Of a DNA stretch of 27,330 nt, positions 21,179 to 27,330 are shown piece by piece. Below the pieces are notes generated by a model. It did no database searches and had not been told where the DNA came from. It saw only the letters and a program-made list of their open reading frames with translations. Position numbers and translations under genes: made by a program. The stretch is taken from the NCBI GenBank assembly GCA_024626585.2, contig JANKJI020000002.1, positions 271,250,313 through 271,277,642 of the forward strand, in the 5' to 3' direction. Each line of letters begins with the position of its first letter. Position 1 is the stretch's first letter. The DNA is from Ginkgo biloba. Lineage: Eukaryota; Plantae; Ginkgophyta.

Positions 21179-22314
21179 GCACCTAATGGAATATCACTTT
21201 ATCCCCTCTTAAAAATTAGTGGTCCATGTTACTTGTTACTTCCTAAGTTGGTAATGTGTATAAATTTATATTTAGGATGATGCCTCATAATACCCTCTCC
21301 TATGTGGCTGTATCTGATCTACTATTTATTTTTTTATGGTATTACCTTCTTCTTTATCCTACTACAAAAAACTATACATGGGGATCCTTTGATTGGGATG
21401 GTAGAGTATAAGTATGATTCCATGGTGAATACTTGATAGTAAAATGTTTATTCCCCTCAGGCACCTTATGACAATTCCTTATTTTGTATAAAATAACATC
21501 TTGATCATACAAGTATGGGATCCCAAGGAGCATACTAGCATAATCAATTTGAATAACATAACATGTAACTTCATCAATAAAGGAATGTATAATGGAAAAT
21601 ATTACCTTGCATTGATCAATCATTATGAAATTATACACTTTATCCAACCAATAAATCTCATAGAGTTCTATATGAAGGAATGTTTCAAGTTTAAAATACT
21701 TGACTAAGGACTATGTAAGTAAGATCTCTTGGTTGCATGTGTTGAATAAGATAGATATAATTTATTTCTTGAATTAGATTATTACATGAAATAACTCTTT
21801 ATACTACTTAACCATCAATGGGATTACCTTCACAAATAAATTTATGTAGAGATCTAGCTAGTATCTAATGAATATCCAATATTGGTATATTTTTCTCTTG
21901 TTCTTATTGAATGGTAAATATTTTGGTGTTATTCTTAGACTAGCAGTTATCATAAACATAACATTTAACTTTGAAAAAACTATAATAATCCTTTATATCA
22001 TATCCTCTTATGCCCTTAATTATGTATTTTCTATTAGGAAGGTGATTTTACCTCCTATTTCTTCTCCTCCTTTTATAAAATCTTTCTCCTAGCCCTTGTC
22101 TCAATATTTTGAGAAAATTATAAACTTTATCAAAGGTGAGAATTTCAAATAGTTTAAACTCATGTTGAATATTGGTGTATAGTCCTCTTATTAACTTCAA
22201 GACTATTTTATATTTATCTTCTTATACATTAAGCTTGATTTCTAACTTGTGAAAAGCATATATATATTATTCCATATTTTGGTTCTTTTCTTATTTTAAT
22301 TGTTAACACCTTTT
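21179..22314 (-). mobile_element. Ty3/gypsy gag-protease remnant (copy 2)
   Basis: Translation gives LFNTCNQEILLT*SLVKYFKLETFLH..YEIYWLDK...DQCKVIFSI..FIDEVTCYVIQIDYASMLLGIPYLYDQD (retropepsin). The upstream part is presumed gag by position only. Confidence 0.8.
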
Positions 22315-22999
22315 NNNNNNNNNNNNNNNNNNNNNNNNNNNNNNNNNNNNNNNNNNNNNNNNNNNNNNNNNNNNNNNNNNNNNNNNNNNNNNNNNNNNNN
22401 NNNNNNNNNNNNNNAAGTCACAACTTAGGAGATTCGTTAACTAGATATAACCATACTACTAATTTGAATTTTTCTAGTATGTAATTTGCTCAGGCTAAGC
22501 AAATCCTTGATCTTGATCCAGGTAATAAAAGGCTAGAAATTGGAAATACCACTCAAGAGGAGTTTGCACTCAAACCCTGTCTATTAGAGATAATAAACTA
22601 GCATGTGCCCTCTAGTGGGATAAGTGTGATTATCTCACTAGATTTTATTAGACATCATGCTTTGATTAATATTGATTCTACTAGTAAGATAGTTCAAGTA
22701 AGTGTTACCAAGCCAAAGGCCTCAAAATCTAAAGCATANNNNNNNNNNNNNNNNNNNNNNNNNGATAGGAGACTTATTGAATGCTCAACACACCCCACCT
22801 TGGTTCAGAGGTGAGGGCCCCCTTTTTTCTTTTTGATTATATCAACTTAGAACATTCCTCCCCCTTTTCTCCTTTTTTTTCTCCCTTTCCCTCTTCTGTT
22901 AAAGGGCCCATGTTAAGATCTATCTGTCCATCACTCTACGTATTCTTCCCCGCATAAAAGGTTTCCTTGGTTTACCAAGCTTACAAAGACCCTTAGAAT

Positions 23000-23539
23000 A
23001 ATTAAGGTGCCTTGAGTTTGCCTCCCTCCTACAACGAAGTCACTTCTATCAGATAACTAGGTGCAAGTGTGAAGAAAATGTATTTCATGGGTTGTGCGTT
23101 GGAATGTATGCGCAGGTATGAGAAGGTGTAAGATTTAGCCACGCAGAGGGCCTGCATTCCATCACCCTACGGGAGGACTCTTGGGATAAACTGCAAAGAG
23201 TCTTGAGAAAAAGAACTCTCGGGGTCCTAATCACCTGGGATTAAGACACGTGTCGATATCTCAGAGGGGCGGGAGGCCTGGTACCAACAAGTGGATACAC
23301 ATCCTAGATAGAAAGAAGCTGGAGAATTCAGAGATACGATAGGCAGACACATGTCTCGCCCCTCAAGAAAATCCCCTTGAAAAGATCGAAATAATAAAAC
23401 CTCAAGAGCTCAGGAATTCAACTAAATCCAGACAGGTGTTCAATCCTCGCTAGCCAAGGATCTTGAGCCACATTCACCAAAGAATTTGAGAGCAAGTATG
23501 GGCCTTCTGGGCATGATGGATAGCCAAGTTTCTACTTTT
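23000..23539 (-). mobile_element. Possible L1 LINE ORF1 (DUF4283/zinc-knuckle region) remnant
   Basis: The minus strand gives TPVWI*L and SRMCIHLLVPGLP, resembling PVWIxL and ARICVxxDLxxPLP. It is heavily frameshifted. Confidence 0.35.
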
Positions 23540-25180
23540 NNNNNNNNNNNNNNNNNNNNNNNNNNNNNNNNNNNNNNNNNNNNNNNNNNNNNNNNNNNNN
23601 NNNNNNNNNNNNNNNNNNNNNNNNNNNNNNNNNNNNNNNAAGAGAGAAAGTGATGGAGTCAGAGAAAGAATTCATAAATATTTATTTATGAAATCAATAT
23701 TTAATACATATTAAAATTAAATAAATATTTATAAAATACATATTTAATACATATATGACCTCTTAAATATTAAATATTTAAGATATCAGATATTGAATAC
23801 ATATTACAACAGCATCAAGAATTATCAACCAAGAACATAGAAGTGATTGAGGAAAAAATTGAAGGAAGTTAGTTATCCAACTTTATGTAATGGATTCCAC
23901 ATCCCTAATAAAAAAATTGGTTTGGAGAGAAGGGATAAAATAGATAAAGAAGAAGAAAAAGTGGTTCCATAAAAAAGCATCACTGGTGAGGAGATTTGCT
24001 AGTTTTTCCCATTTTCATTTTCCTCTCTTGTCTTGTGTATTGTACTATTAATGTGATTTTCCTTGCTCTCATCAATTGATAATGAAGACAAGTCATACAA
24101 AATATTTATATATACCATCATGGTTTATTCTAAATCTTTCTTCTTTTTTTTAAATTTTGGGTATTTTAATGAAATGATCATGGTCACATCATTGTCAATT
24201 TTTAGGTTCCAATACTTGCAATCTAGACATTTGTTTGAATAAAGTTGAACATGTTTGTCATCTCCTTGATTTCCTAGAGAATTGATATATGTGTTAATGA
24301 ATTGATCATTTTTGGTTCATTAATGCTTTGAAACAGTATATAAGATGAAATATTATTTTTGATTATCTATCATTGTTGGTAATTAGTTATAAATTCTATT
24401 AGATGTTTATTATTGGTAAATTTGATTTCAAGTGATATGTCGAGTGTTGTTGGTATGTGATTAGAATAAATTTATCACTCTTATAAGACTAAAGTGCATT
24501 CATATGTACTTATTTAATTTGTTCCTTGTGCTAAATGATAGTTTTTGGAGAATTGATTTAAGTGGGTCATATAACAATTAGATATAAGTAATAATGATCT
24601 TTCAAGTTCCTTCTTCGAGTGCTACTAGAGTTTGTTACTTGTGAGGATGTTTCTTTGTTTGCAAATATAGTTTCACCTTTACATTCCTTTGAGCATTATT
24701 GGAGTGTATTAGAGATAATACCACAATATCATATTCCACTAAGGATATCTAATGCTATTGGATTTTCAACACCAGAGTAATAATGGCCCAAAATTTTTAA
24801 ATACCTAAAGTACCTCCTTTATGTCATTTAGATGGATCCTTAAGAGGGTGTCTGAAACATATAAGTTTTCCTTATGTTTTCACTCCTCACCATCACCATA
24901 TAATCTCTCTCTATTATCATTCATTTGGAAATATTGATAGAAAATTATTCTATCCCTTACTTTCCATTTCCCTTCCCTATTTCATAAGTTCCATTTTTCA
25001 TTTAATCAAAACAAATCACTATGTATAGTGTGAATAATTATTGTAAATATTACCTCCTTTTTCCTTTTTGTAATATTATANNNNNNNNNNNNNNNNNNNN
25101 NNNNNNNNNNNNNNNNNNNNNNNNNNNNNNNNNNNNNNNNNNNNNNNNNNNNNNNNNNNNNNNNNNNNNNNNNNNNNNNN

Positions 25181-25600
25181 ACACCAATATAATTCACTTT
25201 ATGTTGTGCCTTCTCAAACTAGAATATCCTATAATCCACCTCCTTGGTATCACTAATAACATCAATCACCATTATCAATTCCATAAGCTCCTCAAGATTT
25301 TTAACCTCCCTTAAAGAACTCCATTCAATTTGTTCCTTAATCACTTGCCTGTCATCCAATGAATCCAAATCCATCTCCTTATCACCTTTATTAAAGATGA
25401 AATCATGAGTCACATGCACCTTTCTGGTTATAACTTCAAGAAATGGTAATATTTTCTTTCCTCTAAATATCCCATTAGGATACACTTTAAACTCGTATTA
25501 TCAAAACTCTATCAGTTCTCCTTTAGGATATGCATGTACTTAATACACCCAAAACTTTTAGAATTTTACTATTATTGCAAAGATAATAACTCTATCATTC
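25181..25600 (-). mobile_element. Ty1/copia post-integrase (SH3-like) remnant
   Basis: FGCIKYMHILKEN**SFDNTSLKCILMGY and ITRKVHVTHDFIFNK match VFGCxAYxHVPKExRxKLDxKSxKCIFLGY...TKKVxVSRDVxFxE. Confidence 0.8.
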
Positions 25601-25959
25601 GATGAATTAGAGGGTCTACTACTTTAGCAGGAGAATATACTAAAAGATCATAATATGGGAGTCACCTAGAGTGTTCACTGCCAAATTTAAGGGGAAGAAA
25701 CCATTTTTCCTAAGTAATAATAGGAACATCCCTCTTGAACACAATGTTTAACAGGAGAGTTCAAAGGGATAGTTCAACTGAAGTTTTGGCACTATGATAA
25801 ACTTGGGAATCTAAGGAAGGACTATCAATTATTATTGAAATGGTAGCAATAATAGAAGTAACTACAGTCAAAGAAGGGACAATAAGGCCATTATTCAAGA
25901 GCTTTATCATGTATGGAAGATGAGAAGGGAAAGAAATTATTTATAGATTCTCAAATATA

Positions 25960-26189
25960 GTAGGATGATGCTTGGTATATAGACTCTAGAGAAACTAGAC
26001 ACATGAAAGGAAGATTAAAATGGTTTAAACACATATGGGATGTCAAAGGTTAGAAAATTAAATAGGGTGATGACATAGTTTTAAAGGTAGAAGTTATTGG
26101 ACAGGTACCCATCACTACCTCAAAGGGAGAGAAGGGATCATATCTAGATGATGTGCTTTATGTACCTAAATTAAAGGAAAATATGATCA
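25960..26189 (+). mobile_element. Ty1/copia protease remnant
   Basis: AWYIDSRETRHM...GDDIVLKVEVIGQVPI...LDDVLYVPKLKENMI matches WYLDSGASxHM...DVLYVPxLKKNLIS. Confidence 0.85.
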
Positions 26190-26869
26190 NNNNNNNNNNN
26201 NNNNNNNNNNNNNNNNNNNNNNNNNNNNNNNNNNNNNNNNNNNNNNNNNNNNNNNNNNNNNNNNNNNNNNNNNNNNNNNNNNNNNNNNNTAATGAGGATT
26301 GTGCTATGCTAGTCTTCAGTTTATGTAGTTATTTGGTTTCTCACGTTTATAAGAGATTTCCAGAAGTGCTCATGCAATCTGCAACCCAGGGTGAATTTAG
26401 TTACTATAACCGTACGATACTTATTTTATCTCTTGAATGCATTAGATTAATTTAGGCTAATGTTGTATTAATCATCCATGGCTTATGAAATTAAGGTTCT
26501 GTTATTCACATCAAAATTTTTGTAATAGTATAATTCTTTTCTTATCAAGAGTTCATTAGTTCCTACCTAGAATAAATATGGATTTGAGTGCATACTATTT
26601 TCTACATGTTATGTTTTAGTTCGATTTCTATCTCTTACTGCCTTACCTTGCTCTCTCATTTTAAGTTTTTTTTAGATCTTATCACACTTTGTTAAGGCCA
26701 TTGTGAATATCCATCAGATAGGGAAGGTCCACCTATAGGTAGAAAACTCACATTGTTCCCCAGATTATATGACTATAATTTTCCATACCTTGGGCTCTAT
26801 TTCCAGCAAGAGTCCTAAAACGTGTGGGTGGAGGCACATGAACATCTCTTTTCTTTCACTTGATTATCA

Positions 26870-27330
26870 ATATTGTAAGGTGTGCACAAAACACTGATCA
26901 ACAGATTGGACATAATGAATCTAGTTATTTAAATCTTTATCCTGAGAAGTGCCTTAGATCATTGCATCAAGGCAAGAAGAAAAAGAAGGAGAAAAAATCA
27001 AAGGATTTAGTTGATACTTTAGATGATCCAAATCTTACCATAGTTATTATCAACACTAAGGATGAGAGTAAGGATAAGGAAGGAATCTTCACCATTAAGT
27101 TATAGATTAAGCATGTAAAATTGATAGTTATTTTATATAGTGGTATCCAAAATAACCTCATCTATTCTATAGTTATGAAGGATTTAGGATTGGATTTAAA
27201 GGATCATCCTCATCATTATGAGCTTGGTGGCATAAGTTGGGAGTCTTTTGATAAATTTACCCATCAATGTACCTTTAATTATGCTATTACCAAGAACTTT
27301 GTTGAAGAAATGTCTAATGATATAGTGCTC
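26870..27330 (+). mobile_element. Ty3/gypsy gag zinc-knuckle and protease remnant, running off the window end
   Basis: A degenerate knuckle (C...GHNESSYLNLYPE) is followed by ILYSGIQNNLI..VMKDLGL..HPHHYELG...QCTFNYAITKNFVEEMSNDIV. Confidence 0.8.

Overview
This is an AT-rich, fragmented land-plant genomic scaffold with about 17 N-gaps, so adjacency across gaps is uncertain. Most of the window is decayed, CpG-depleted retrotransposon debris: Ty3/gypsy gag, protease and integrase pieces, Ty1/copia protease and post-integrase pieces, and a probable L1 ORF1. Two CpG-retaining islands hold the only gene-like loci. (1) At about 0.75-1.36 kb is a CLE signalling-peptide precursor (dodecapeptide RQIPGGPDPQHH). 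It has no in-frame ATG ahead of its signal peptide unless spliced through a TAG-TAG (NAGNAG) acceptor. (2) At 15770-16292 is an intact three-exon gene that the ORF track only partly shows. It encodes a 103-aa, highly divergent, essentially tail-less histone H3/CENH3-like protein with a shortened loop 1. Upstream of it lie an inverted pair of E2F-consensus sites, several pairwise duplications and a 74-nt GC-rich hairpin. The H3-like locus is the best candidate for an undescribed system. All alignments were done by eye and no searches were run.
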